Part shown: one piece after another, positions 7,664-15,140 of the stretch | How positions within the stretch are numbered: the stretch's first letter is position 1 | Layout of the letters: each line of letters opens with the position of its first letter | Source: Verrucomicrobia bacterium LP2A | GTDB taxonomy: Bacteria; Verrucomicrobiota; Verrucomicrobiia; Methylacidiphilales; Methylacidiphilaceae | Direction: 5' to 3' | Length of the DNA: 24,000 bases | Assembly: GCA_000526255.1 (NCBI GenBank) | Contig: JAFS01000001.1 | Coordinates: 1,243,035-1,267,034, forward strand | Translations under genes and position numbers: made by a program | Notes under the pieces: generated by a model | Told to the model about the DNA's origin: nothing | Database searches by the model: none | Seen by the model: the letters and a program-made list of their open reading frames with translations, nothing else

Positions 7664-7692
7664 TATATAACGTATAAACTGTTTAGGGACAA
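7664..7692 (-). promoter_or_regulatory. Candidate sigma70-type promoter for pmoCAB copy 1
   Basis: On the minus strand, TTGTCC (7692-7687), a 17-nt spacer and TATATA (7669-7664) lie inside an AT-rich island in otherwise GC-rich DNA. This would give a leader of about 165 nt. Other -10-like hexamers exist nearby, so this is only one candidate. Confidence 0.3.
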
Positions 7693-7819
7693 TATGATGC
7701 TAATATATATCTCCTTGGCGCACGCTGTCGCTTGTCGCAATCATATTAAGGAGTTTCCATGAGCAGCATTAAGGATATTGCCCGATCTTCCGGTGCGTGT
7801 TTCCCTGATTGTAACATTG

Positions 7820-7870
7820 GTAAAAAGCACGCGCCCTTCGTCCCCCGGAAAGGGAGGCGAAGGGCGCGCT
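7820..7870 (-). terminator. Rho-independent terminator downstream of pmoB (copy 2)
   Basis: Same hairpin as copy 1: stem 7830-7840 / 7858-7868. The plus-strand A-run at 7822-7826 gives the U-tract on the minus-strand transcript. Confidence 0.75.
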
Positions 7871-7902
7871 TGTTTCGGTTCTTTCGAATGAACCGGAGGA
7901 AC

Positions 7903-9150
7903 TTACATCTGCGTCACGCCGAACCTCGGAATCACGAGCTGATCGGCGACAGCGATGATGCTCCGCGCCCCGGTCGGGTCGCTGAAGAAGAGCAGACCGC
8001 CGAAACGATTCGTCGTCTCGTGGTACATCGTCAATCGCTGGTTCTCCCACTCCGCACTCGCCAGCACCACTTCGAGCACCTTGGTCTCTCCGGGCGCAAC
8101 CGGCTCGGAGGGAGTGATCTTCATCGCACCTCCATAGACCTCGGGGAAGTCCGGATTCCAGGTATTTCCGGGAATCTGCTCGTTGAGGAAGCGTACGTTG
8201 GCGGTGGTGAACTCCTTGAGAACCAAGGGCCGATCTCCGGTGTTGTGCACTTCCACCCGGAAGGCAAGCGTACGGCTCGGCACATCGTAGGTCGCATCCA
8301 GCACCTTCGCCTCCACGCGGGAAGGCTCGGGCGGAAGCGGCTCGTTACGGATGATCGTCTCCTGAATCGGAATCGTATGCGGGAACTGCGAGGCGGTCAT
8401 CACGTTCGCCACTGCGACCAAGCCGATCGTGCCCAGAGCAAAGATCACCGCCACGGTCTTATCCGCACCGCTGATCAGCTCCTTCGCCCGTCCAGCCGCA
8501 ACCACTCCCAACCGCGAGGTGAAGGGCCTCCCCAGCCAGAACCCGAGCCAGGCCACCCCAATCAGGGTGGTCACCAGGGTCCAGATGAGCATCCGGCTCT
8601 GCCCGTAGTCCTCCAGGTTGATCGTGTTGCCCAAGAGCGTCTTGATCGGGTTGGTGAAGCCCTCGTGGCTTCCCTCGACGTCGACGTAGATGGACGGCCC
8701 GATGAGCGGACCCGCATCCTTCATGCTCAGCATGATCCCAACCGGCCAGTGACCCGGATACCGCGCCTTGGCGATCGTCTTGTACTCATAGGTGCCGCCA
8801 AGCTCCAGCAGCTCCGAGCAGGACATGAACCGATTGTTGATCCATGTACCTTCCCGCAGGAACTGGGGCCCGGGGACGAAGAAGTTGAGCCAGGAAATGC
8901 CCGAGAAGGCGATCTCCTTTGGCCAGATCGGCAGAAGCTGAAACTTCCCCGTCACCGTCATGTCGTCCCCAACCTTGAACTTCCGTCCGGAAAACTGGGT
9001 GTCGTAGAAGATCACCGTCCGCATCCGAAGGAAGCCCTCCTGCGACTTTTCGCCCAGAGCCCAAAGGCGGTTCGTCGGACCTGCCAGGATCATCCCCAGC
9101 AGGGCCAAGGCGCCCGCTCTCCCCATCATCCGCATTACTCTCTTTCTCAT
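7903..9150 (-). CDS. pmoB: Particulate methane monooxygenase subunit B (PmoB), copy 2
   Basis: Same start context as copy 1 (ATG at 9150). It differs from copy 1 at 9 of 415 residues, all in the central part of the protein. Confidence 0.95.
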   Translation of the reverse strand: MRKRVMRMMGRAGALALLGMILAGPTNRLWALGEKSQEGFLRMRTVIFYDTQFSGRKFKVGDDMTVTGKFQLLPIWPKEIAFSGISWLNFFVPGPQFLREGTWINNRFMSCSELLELGGTYEYKTIAKARYPGHWPVGIMLSMKDAGPLIGPSIYVDVEGSHEGFTNPIKTLLGNTINLEDYGQSRMLIWTLVTTLIGVAWLGFWLGRPFTSRLGVVAAGRAKELISGADKTVAVIFALGTIGLVAVANVMTASQFPHTIPIQETIIRNEPLPPEPSRVEAKVLDATYDVPSRTLAFRVEVHNTGDRPLVLKEFTTANVRFLNEQIPGNTWNPDFPEVYGGAMKITPSEPVAPGETKVLEVVLASAEWENQRLTMYHETTNRFGGLLFFSDPTGARSIIAVADQLVIPRFGVTQM

Positions 9151-9167
9151 CGTCTTCCTTCCTCCTC

Positions 9168-9932
9168 TTAGGCGTGCTTGACCTCGGTAGAAGCCGACTC
9201 GTAGGTCTTGAAGAACTTCGTGCTGCCGAAGAAGTGAGCACCCATGAGCCACCAGGGCACGTACATGCAGACCGAGACGAAGGCCGAGAAGAAGGCGGCC
9301 ACGCCGGTCACCCCTCCCGCGAAGCTTCGCATCGTTCCCGTCTCCACGATCCGGAGATATTCCGGCGTCGAGGTGCGGACATACATGTAGTTGATCACGT
9401 CAGCGACGCTCATCAGTGAGCCCTGATACTCGACCGGCAGGTGGTACGGCGCAATCATCACCCAGTTGGTCGGGTAGAAGAGCCAGCCCCAGAGCTCGCC
9501 TCCCACCAGAGCGGTCACAATCCAGTTGCCGGTCAGCATCAACACGATGTCGAGCACGACCGCCGCCGGGATGAAGGTCTCCGGGAAGACGAAGTTGAGC
9601 GGATAGTGGGTCCATCCATTGAAGTTGATGTACCGGTTCATCCACTCGCCAAAGAGCAGGCCCAGGCAGCAGAACGTAGCCCCGATCGGCATCCGGAACC
9701 TCGTCCACAGAACCGCCTGCACCGCCGCCGGGAAGGTGATCTCCATGATCGGAGCCACGATCGGCCACCAGTTCCGATCTTTCCAGTCCACCCAGAACGA
9801 CCAGTCTCCCGCCACCAGCATCTGATGGACATGAAAGCCCGCGATAAGCGCCAGGAAGGTCGACATGATGACGACCAGGTCGAACTTGCGTGCGACCGCC
9901 TTCGCCTCCGCGTCTACTTGCGAATATTGCAT
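9168..9932 (-). CDS. pmoA: Particulate methane monooxygenase subunit A (PmoA), copy 2
   Basis: 254 aa with 5 substitutions relative to copy 1 (V/L, L/I, L/M, L/F, F/Y). Confidence 0.97.
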   Translation of the reverse strand: MQYSQVDAEAKAVARKFDLVVIMSTFLALIAGFHVHQMLVAGDWSFWVDWKDRNWWPIVAPIMEITFPAAVQAVLWTRFRMPIGATFCCLGLLFGEWMNRYINFNGWTHYPLNFVFPETFIPAAVVLDIVLMLTGNWIVTALVGGELWGWLFYPTNWVMIAPYHLPVEYQGSLMSVADVINYMYVRTSTPEYLRIVETGTMRSFAGGVTGVAAFFSAFVSVCMYVPWWLMGAHFFGSTKFFKTYESASTEVKHA

Positions 9933-9959
9933 TGGTTACTTTCCCCCTCTGCAAGAGTG

Positions 9960-9982
9960 GGGGCGGGGTGGCACCCCGCCCC
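9960..9982 (-). promoter_or_regulatory. Intercistronic GC-rich stem-loop between pmoC and pmoA (copy 2)
   Basis: Identical 23-nt hairpin to 6574-6596. Confidence 0.55.
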
Positions 9983-10038
9983 TCTTCTTGCTTTCGTGTT
10001 TTCTTCTTTTTCCGATTCTCTCGGTCCCTTATGTGGGC

Positions 10039-10878
10039 CTACATCGCGCAGGCGGCACAAGCAGCGGGATTCACCGAGCTTTGCGGATCCTTCATCACCT
10101 CAGCCGGGCTCTGAATCGGCTTGCCATAGTAGACATGGTTCACCAGCGCCAGGACCCGCGGGCAAATCTGCAACCAGGTTCCGAGGATCGCCAGCGCACC
10201 CCAGCCGAACGTCACGAAGCCCCAGTGGAGCGGAGCCACGAAGAGCTCCTCCATGAACCACCGGGTGTGGCCGAACTCGTTGAGTCCGACATTCGGGAAG
10301 ATCATCGCCGGAGAGCCCACCAGTACCACGTAGGGCAACGAAAATGCCTTAGCGAACTGGGGCAATCGGGTCATCGCGTAGACAAGCGAGCCCACACCGA
10401 AGATGATGTAGATGGGATAGCTCTGGTAGAACTCGATCACGTGGCTCGGGGTGAAGTCGGTATCCCGAATCACCGTCTGGTGCCAAGTACCGTCCTGCTC
10501 CGTGAAGTAGCTCGCGCCGGCATACGCCGCATAGGTATAGGTCAGGACAAAGAGTCCCAAGGCCCAATACCGCTTGAGCTCTTCTGCCGGGGAGAGGCGG
10601 TCGAGCGCCCGATCCCGCGTCATCCAGAGCCAGCCCCACAGCGCACCCGCCGTGACCGCTTCCAAAACGAGCTCCGCGAAGAGCATGCCCATCCAGTAGC
10701 TCTCATAATCTGCCGACGTGTAGTCGAGACCCTTCGAAAAGGCGTAGAGCCTCTCGTACACGTTGATCAGGACGTCAAAGACAATCAACGCGCCGATCGC
10801 AATCCCCGCACTTTTCCAGGAAAAGGCGGTAAGCGGCGGACGCGCGACAGCCGTTGCCGTCGTTTGTGTCTGTGCCAT
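10039..10878 (-). CDS. pmoC: Particulate methane monooxygenase subunit C (PmoC), copy 2
   Basis: Start at the ATG at 10878 with the same SD context as copy 1. It has 15 substitutions relative to copy 1, three of them in the C-terminal Cys-containing tail. Confidence 0.95.
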   Translation of the reverse strand: MAQTQTTATAVARPPLTAFSWKSAGIAIGALIVFDVLINVYERLYAFSKGLDYTSADYESYWMGMLFAELVLEAVTAGALWGWLWMTRDRALDRLSPAEELKRYWALGLFVLTYTYAAYAGASYFTEQDGTWHQTVIRDTDFTPSHVIEFYQSYPIYIIFGVGSLVYAMTRLPQFAKAFSLPYVVLVGSPAMIFPNVGLNEFGHTRWFMEELFVAPLHWGFVTFGWGALAILGTWLQICPRVLALVNHVYYGKPIQSPAEVMKDPQSSVNPAACAACAM

Positions 10879-11233
10879 ATCGTTTTTTTCTCCCTTTCTA
10901 CCACTCTGCTTCTCTGCGCCCCGGATGCACCCTCCAAGGCGCGACCGCCAACCTACAGGGATGGCGGTCAAAAGACCGATCGGATTTACACGAAACGGCC
11001 TTTTAGCAGTGATCGTAGTCCAAAGGATAGGGATGGCAAGTAGATTTACGGTCCTTTTTCTAAGCCGTTCCCCTACGGAATATTCAGTGCTCTTCCCTCG
11101 CGATCGAACGGGATCACCCGGGAAGGCGCGGACGTCCTGGCACGAAAGAAAATGCGTCGTTCGCCGGCATTCCTCCGTACCTGGATGGGGATAGTTCTAG
11201 ACAGGGTGCTCCGCCCTTGTTGCAATCGCTGCC

Positions 11234-11866
11234 ATGAAGGGAATGCCGTCATCGGTACGCTACTTCGAGGAAGTGGCCGCGGAATGGGATACGCTCCGGA
11301 AGGGGTATTTTCGAGACGAGGTTCGGGAGAAGGCGCTCGATCTGGCGAAGGTCCAAGCGGGCGAGCGAGCAGCGGATGTCGGAGCGGGGACGGGTTTCCT
11401 GACCGAAGCCCTTCTGGGGCGGGGCCTGGAGGTCGTCGCCGTCGACCGTTCCCCCGCTATGCTTGCGGAGCTGACGAGGAAGTTCGGCGGTCGATCCGGC
11501 TTCCGGTGCATGCCAGGCGAGACCGATGCGCTGCCGCTCGAGGCGTCTACTGTGGACTGCTGCTTTGCCAACATGGTGCTCCACCATGTCGAGAGCCCGG
11601 AAGCGATGATCCGCGAGCTCTTTCGGATCCTGAAGCCCGGCGGCCGGGCGGTCCTCACCGATTTCGAGCGGCACGGCTTCGATTTTTTCCTGAGCGAGTA
11701 CTACGACCGCTGGCCCGGATTCTCTCCGGCCGAGGTGGCTTCCCTCTTCCGGGCGGCGGGCTTCGCTACCGTGGAGGCAGGCCCTCTTGGCGAAGTCTGC
11801 CAGGCGGAAAGCTCCACCGGCATCCGGGCGGTGGTGCCGATCTTCTTCGTCCGGGCGGAGCGATAG
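11234..11866 (+). CDS. Class I SAM-dependent methyltransferase (Methyltransf_11/UbiE-like)
   Basis: Contains SAM-binding motif I (DVGAGTGFLTE), the acidic post-I residue (VVAVD), and the later motifs FANMVLHHV and LKPGGRAV. It is divergent from pmoC copy 2. The substrate cannot be inferred. Confidence 0.85.
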   Translation: MKGMPSSVRYFEEVAAEWDTLRKGYFRDEVREKALDLAKVQAGERAADVGAGTGFLTEALLGRGLEVVAVDRSPAMLAELTRKFGGRSGFRCMPGETDALPLEASTVDCCFANMVLHHVESPEAMIRELFRILKPGGRAVLTDFERHGFDFFLSEYYDRWPGFSPAEVASLFRAAGFATVEAGPLGEVCQAESSTGIRAVVPIFFVRAER

Positions 11867-11901
11867 ACGTCTTTGCGATCGGGCTCCGATCGAAAAGGCA
11901 T

Positions 11902-11930
11902 TTGCGGACGACGCACCCGGGTTTTATAAT
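11902..11930 (+). promoter_or_regulatory. Candidate sigma70-type promoter (TTGCGG-N17-TATAAT)
   Basis: A perfect TATAAT at 11925-11930 lies 17 nt after TTGCGG (11902-11907). The ATG of the next ORF is only 8 nt past the -10 box, which would imply a leaderless or near-leaderless mRNA. Confidence 0.3.
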
Positions 11931-11938
11931 AGTTTTCG

Positions 11939-12160
11939 ATGGAGAACAGCGAACCTTCCGAAGAACAGGGAGAGGCCGAGCGCAACAAAGCTCCACGCCC
12001 CCAACCGAGCCCCCCCCAACCGGACCCAAAATCAAGCCGAAGCGAAGGGAAGCCGGCCGACAAGGTCTTCTATTGGGTCATCGCAGTGGCTGCTCTCTTT
12101 TTCCTCTATCTTTTCTATTCGGTCTTCACACACAACACCGTCAATATTCACGGACATTGA
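11939..12160 (+). CDS. Small tail-anchored membrane protein, hypothetical
   Basis: 73-aa ORF with a Pro/Glu/Ser-rich N-terminal half and one C-terminal TM helix (FYWVIAVAALFFLYLFYSVF). No SD is present, which is consistent with the leaderless idea but is otherwise weak support. I recognise no family. Confidence 0.35.
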   Translation: MENSEPSEEQGEAERNKAPRPQPSPPQPDPKSSRSEGKPADKVFYWVIAVAALFFLYLFYSVFTHNTVNIHGH

Positions 12161-12169
12161 TCTTGGTGC

Positions 12170-13012
12170 GCATCAAGCCCCGTCCTTCAGGGCGGGGAAG
12201 GATAGGTGCGCCGTCTTTGGCTTTGGCTGGGTGTCTGTTGCTGGGTGGAGTCGCCGCCGGACATTCCACAGAGACCAAATGGACGTTTGCATCGATCATA
12301 ATACGCCCGTATGATTGAGCACAATGCGGCGGCTCCAAGCGTTCAAGTTTGAGCTCAGGGCGGATGGCCGCCAGGAGCGGCGGATGCGTCGTTTTGCCGG
12401 AGCATGCCGCTTCGTGTTCAACGAGGCGCTGGCGTTGCAGAAGAGGCGTCAGGAGCAGGGTGAGAAGAGGCTTGGCTACGCCGGGCTCTGCAAGCTGCTT
12501 ACCGGCTGGCGCAACGGATCTCCGTTCCCGAGCGGGCGTGTCGCGGCATGGCTGGCCGATGCGCCTGTTCATCCCTTGCAACAGACCGTCTGGCACGGTT
12601 GAGAATCCGGGAAGGAATGTTCGGGCCAAGTCTGGCCTGAACAAGTCGATTCTCGACCAGGGATGGTCCGAGTTCCGGCGGCAGCTGGAGTACAAGATGG
12701 AGTGGAGAGGCGGCTGGCTTGTTGTCGTGCCGCCGCGGAACACGAGCCGGACCTGTCCGTGTTGCGGCCATGGGTCGGCGGACAACCGTCGGACGCAAGC
12801 CCGGTTCGAGTGTGTGGAGTGCGGTTTTTGATGAGAACGCCGACGTGGTCGGCGCGATCAATGTTCTAAGGGCGGGACACGCCCGGATCGCCTGTGAAGT
12901 GAGCGGCACCGAGTCGCCAGCAGCAGGAACCCGCCGAAGCGGCTCATTCCGGTTCAAGCCCGGATTGAGCGCCGTAGGAATCTCCGGACTTTACGCCGGG
13001 GAGGATGTCAAC
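12170..13012 (+). mobile_element. Decayed IS200/IS605-family (tnpB-only, IS1341-like) element remnant
   Basis: It contains the tnpB pseudogene and no tnpA. It is bracketed by two related hairpin motifs, each followed by AGGAT: 12178-12197 (CCCCGTCC ttca GGGCGGGG) and about 12982-13005. The exact ends are not determinable by eye. Confidence 0.5.
12315..13012 (+). pseudogene. tnpB: tnpB (IS605 OrfB / RNA-guided nuclease family) pseudogene with an internal deletion and frameshifts
   Basis: Three different frames carry consecutive TnpB-like segments. The first is N-terminal (RLQAFKFELR...RRFAGACRFVFNEALALQKRR...APVHPLQQ, frame of 12315). The second is C-terminal with the zinc finger (GTVENPGRNVRAKSGLNKSILDQGWSEFRRQLEYK...NTSRTCPCCGH...FECVECGF, frame of 12349). 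The third is the tail (ENADVVGAINVLRAGHARIACEV...GISGLYAGEDVN, frame of 12719). The whole central part, roughly 200 aa including the first two RuvC catalytic segments, is missing, with the junction near 12585-12592. Confidence 0.8.
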
Positions 13013-13126
13013 GCCCCCGGAGCCTCGGGTCCGGCGGGACGAAGTGCGAGTGGGTATTGCGCCGGGCCGGGCTAGGCTTATATTGCGTCGTAGAGCAATG
13101 GTCAGGGCAGAGCAAAAGGAGGTCCT

Positions 13127-13699
13127 ATGGTCGGCCCGCTTGGTTATTGCGTGGTGCTCAGACGGCTCCGTCTCGGCGGAGCGAGGACGTTCCTTGCGAT
13201 TTTCTGCTTGGTTGGGGCCGCCTCTTGGTTGCAGGCGGCCTCCGGTCCCTCTCCCTCATCGGGCGGCGTCTCTCCGGAAGCCGAGATCCGGACCCTGATC
13301 GCGAAAGATCTCTATCCCGGAGAAAAGATCGAAGGGCTAACGGTCCTCCCGGAGTTGGAGCAATCCCGAATCTCCGCGCGGTGGGAAGCTCACCTGATCG
13401 ATGATGGGAAGCACTTCCATCCCCTCTTTCATCCCCCCACGATCATTCTTTTTGAGGCTCTGCCCGGAGAGGCCCACTTCCCCGCTCATGGGACCGCACT
13501 CGCGGAAAACGCCGACTCCTCGCCCGAGTTCCAGACATGGCGAAAGAAGCTCTCCCTCACCCGGAGCCTGATGCGCCAAGTCGTCGTGCTCCGCTGCATG
13601 CTCTACTGCCGCCACCAGATGGACACGCTCGACCAGGACAACTTGAAGGCGGCCGAGCAGGAGCTATCGGCGCTGACGACAAAGCATCCGCAACCGTGA
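13127..13699 (+). CDS. Secreted hypothetical protein
   Basis: AAGGAGG lies 5 nt upstream of the ATG. It has a signal-like N-terminus (TFLAIFCLVGAASWLQAAS). I recognise no family. Confidence 0.6.
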   Translation: MVGPLGYCVVLRRLRLGGARTFLAIFCLVGAASWLQAASGPSPSSGGVSPEAEIRTLIAKDLYPGEKIEGLTVLPELEQSRISARWEAHLIDDGKHFHPLFHPPTIILFEALPGEAHFPAHGTALAENADSSPEFQTWRKKLSLTRSLMRQVVVLRCMLYCRHQMDTLDQDNLKAAEQELSALTTKHPQP

Positions 13700-13824
13700 T
13701 GGCCGGCAATCTCATTTATCAACCAGCCGTCTTGCGGCGGCTGCCAGAAGGGAAAGGGCTCGAGCGCCGACCGTAATCGGCAAGACGCTCGGAGCCCCTT
13801 CTCTCCCTCCCCCAGTCGTCGAGA

Positions 13825-14226
13825 TTACTTGGTCGAGTGCATCTCCTCAAGCCGATCGATGTAGGCGAGTGCCGCCTCCGCTAACTTGTGGGTGTAGGTC
13901 ATCTCCTTGCCTTCCCCCGCTCCCTTTTCGTGGAGCTCCGTCATCGCCTTGCTCTGTAACACGCTCTTTATGAGCGCCTTCCCTTCTCGAATCATCCCTT
14001 TTCCATGCTCGACGGCCTGATCGTCAATGCCGGGAGCCATATTCATCTCGCCGAGCATGGCGAGGTTGCAGCCCTCAGCCGCCATTTGCACCGCATGATT
14101 GATGACCAGATGCATGTGATGGAGCTCCATCGAGACCCCGTGATGCTCTTGCGCGTTGAGAGGACGGACGCCCGATCCGAGGCTCAGGAGCGCAATCGCA
14201 GCCGCGAGCAGCGTCATTCTTTTCAT
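13825..14226 (-). CDS. Periplasmic His/Met-rich helical protein, candidate metal-binding
   Basis: Start set at the ATG at 14226 (MKRMTLLAAA...), preceded by GGAGGGAGA. A signal peptide ends in LNA. The mature protein is rich in His and Met (QEHHGVSMELHHMHLVINHAVQM, GEMNMAPG, EEMH) and is predicted to be helical. I cannot assign a family with confidence. Confidence 0.7.
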   Translation of the reverse strand: MKRMTLLAAAIALLSLGSGVRPLNAQEHHGVSMELHHMHLVINHAVQMAAEGCNLAMLGEMNMAPGIDDQAVEHGKGMIREGKALIKSVLQSKAMTELHEKGAGEGKEMTYTHKLAEAALAYIDRLEEMHSTK

Positions 14227-14312
14227 TCTTTCTCCCTCCATTGAGTGGTTGCATCTCTCCCTTCCGCCTGGAAAGGAAGGACTTGATTGTCATCTTAGCA
14301 CAAATCATTATC

Positions 14313-14332
14313 TTACAAGGAAAAAGTTGTAA
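14313..14332. promoter_or_regulatory. Inverted repeat TTACAA-N8-TTGTAA in a divergent intergenic region
   Basis: Perfect 6-bp arms (14313-18 / 14327-32) lie in the AT-rich part of the 342-bp spacer between the His/Met-rich protein gene (minus) and the DUF3455 gene (plus). It is a candidate operator; the arms are short enough to arise by chance. Confidence 0.25.
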
Positions 14333-14568
14333 ACGCTTCCTATCTTCCGGGAGCCCGCCGCAGAGGGCCCGGCGCGAAGGTACAGCCGCAGATCTGCCGC
14401 ACGTCGATCCACACTGGTGACGTCCCGGTCCGTTTCGCGGCAGACGGCCGATCCTTCCCAATCCGCCCGCTGTGGCCATAGAGACCGAGCCCGGGGAAGG
14501 ACTTGACAGTGCTGGCCTCTTTCGGTTTCCTCCTCTTCGGGGGAATCCCCGCAAGAGAGGAGGTTTCC

Positions 14569-15126
14569 ATGTTCACAAGACCGCGTCGGCTCCTTGCCGG
14601 CTGCCTTTGCTCTTTCCTGTTCGCCCTGCCGCTCTTCGCGGAAAACCTTCCGCCAGCGCCGGGCCTCCCGCTGCCCGCCTCCGCCCGACTCGTCTGGGTA
14701 GCCCACGCGACCGGCTTCCAGATTTACAAGGCGCAGGCGCCGGCAGGCCCCCCGGCCCCTCTCCGCTGGGTCTTCCAAGAGCCGGAGGCGACCCTCCACG
14801 ATGCGGCGGGTTTCAAGGTGGGCCGCCATTTCCGCGGCCCCTGCTGGGAGGCGGCGGATGGAAGCCGGATCGAGGGATCGGTCCCTCCGCTGGCCCAAGC
14901 GCCCGGCCGCGCTCCGGCGGACGTCCCTTGGCTGGTGATCTCCGTCCATAGCACCGGAACCGCCGGGGTCCTGGCCTCCGTTACCCATGTCCTTCGGATC
15001 GACACCCTGGGCGGTGCCGCGCCCGCAACGCCGCCTTCCCACGCGGGCCAGACCGTTCGCGTTCCCTACCGGGCCGTCTATCTCTTCCTGGCTCCGGGCA
15101 CGGAATCGACCCCTTCCCCGCGCTGA
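14569..15126 (+). CDS. DUF3455-family secreted protein
   Basis: Start set at the ATG at 14569, which follows GAGGAGG with a 5-nt spacer. It has a signal peptide (LLAGCLCSFLFALPLFA). The pattern GFQIYKA...W.F.EPEATL.D..G..VGRHF.GP.WEA.DGS.I.G...PWL...GVL..VT.V.R.DT.GG.AP....G....VPY.A.Y.F matches my recollection of DUF3455. Confidence 0.7.
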   Translation: MFTRPRRLLAGCLCSFLFALPLFAENLPPAPGLPLPASARLVWVAHATGFQIYKAQAPAGPPAPLRWVFQEPEATLHDAAGFKVGRHFRGPCWEAADGSRIEGSVPPLAQAPGRAPADVPWLVISVHSTGTAGVLASVTHVLRIDTLGGAAPATPPSHAGQTVRVPYRAVYLFLAPGTESTPSPR

Positions 15127-15140
15127 GGGACCTCCCGCAA

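Larger units (their letters stand above)
7822..10961 (-). repeat. pmoCAB duplication unit, copy 2
   Basis: See copy 1. The offset is 3386 nt with no indels. The encoded proteins differ from copy 1 at 9 (PmoB), 5 (PmoA) and 15 (PmoC) positions, counted by hand. Confidence 0.95.

Noticed and set aside
7759-7830. The N-terminal peptide MSSIKDIARSSGACFPDCNIGKK after a strong SD superficially recalls a methanobactin (MbnA-like) precursor, with a short leader and a Cys-containing core.
   Set aside because: There is no stop codon after the putative core; the frame runs on for 470 codons. No mbnB/mbnC-type genes are in the window, and the resemblance is only compositional.
11138-11156. TGGCAC followed by TGC upstream of the methyltransferase looks like a sigma54 -24/-12 element.
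   Set aside because: The GG-to-GC spacing is 3 nt too long relative to TGGCAC-N5-TTGC, and the -12 element lacks TTGC.
12948-12972. A tRNA-like T-arm (TCCGG TTCAAGC CCGGA) with a canonical TTCRANY loop.
   Set aside because: No complementary 5' acceptor strand (CGCTCAA) or D/anticodon arms lie at the required distance upstream. The segment lies inside the TnpB C-terminal / IS right-end region.
14303-14312. AATCATTATC matches the right half of the Fur box consensus, upstream of the His/Met-rich protein gene.
   Set aside because: Only about 12 of 19 positions of the full box match, and the left half is absent. That is too weak to call.
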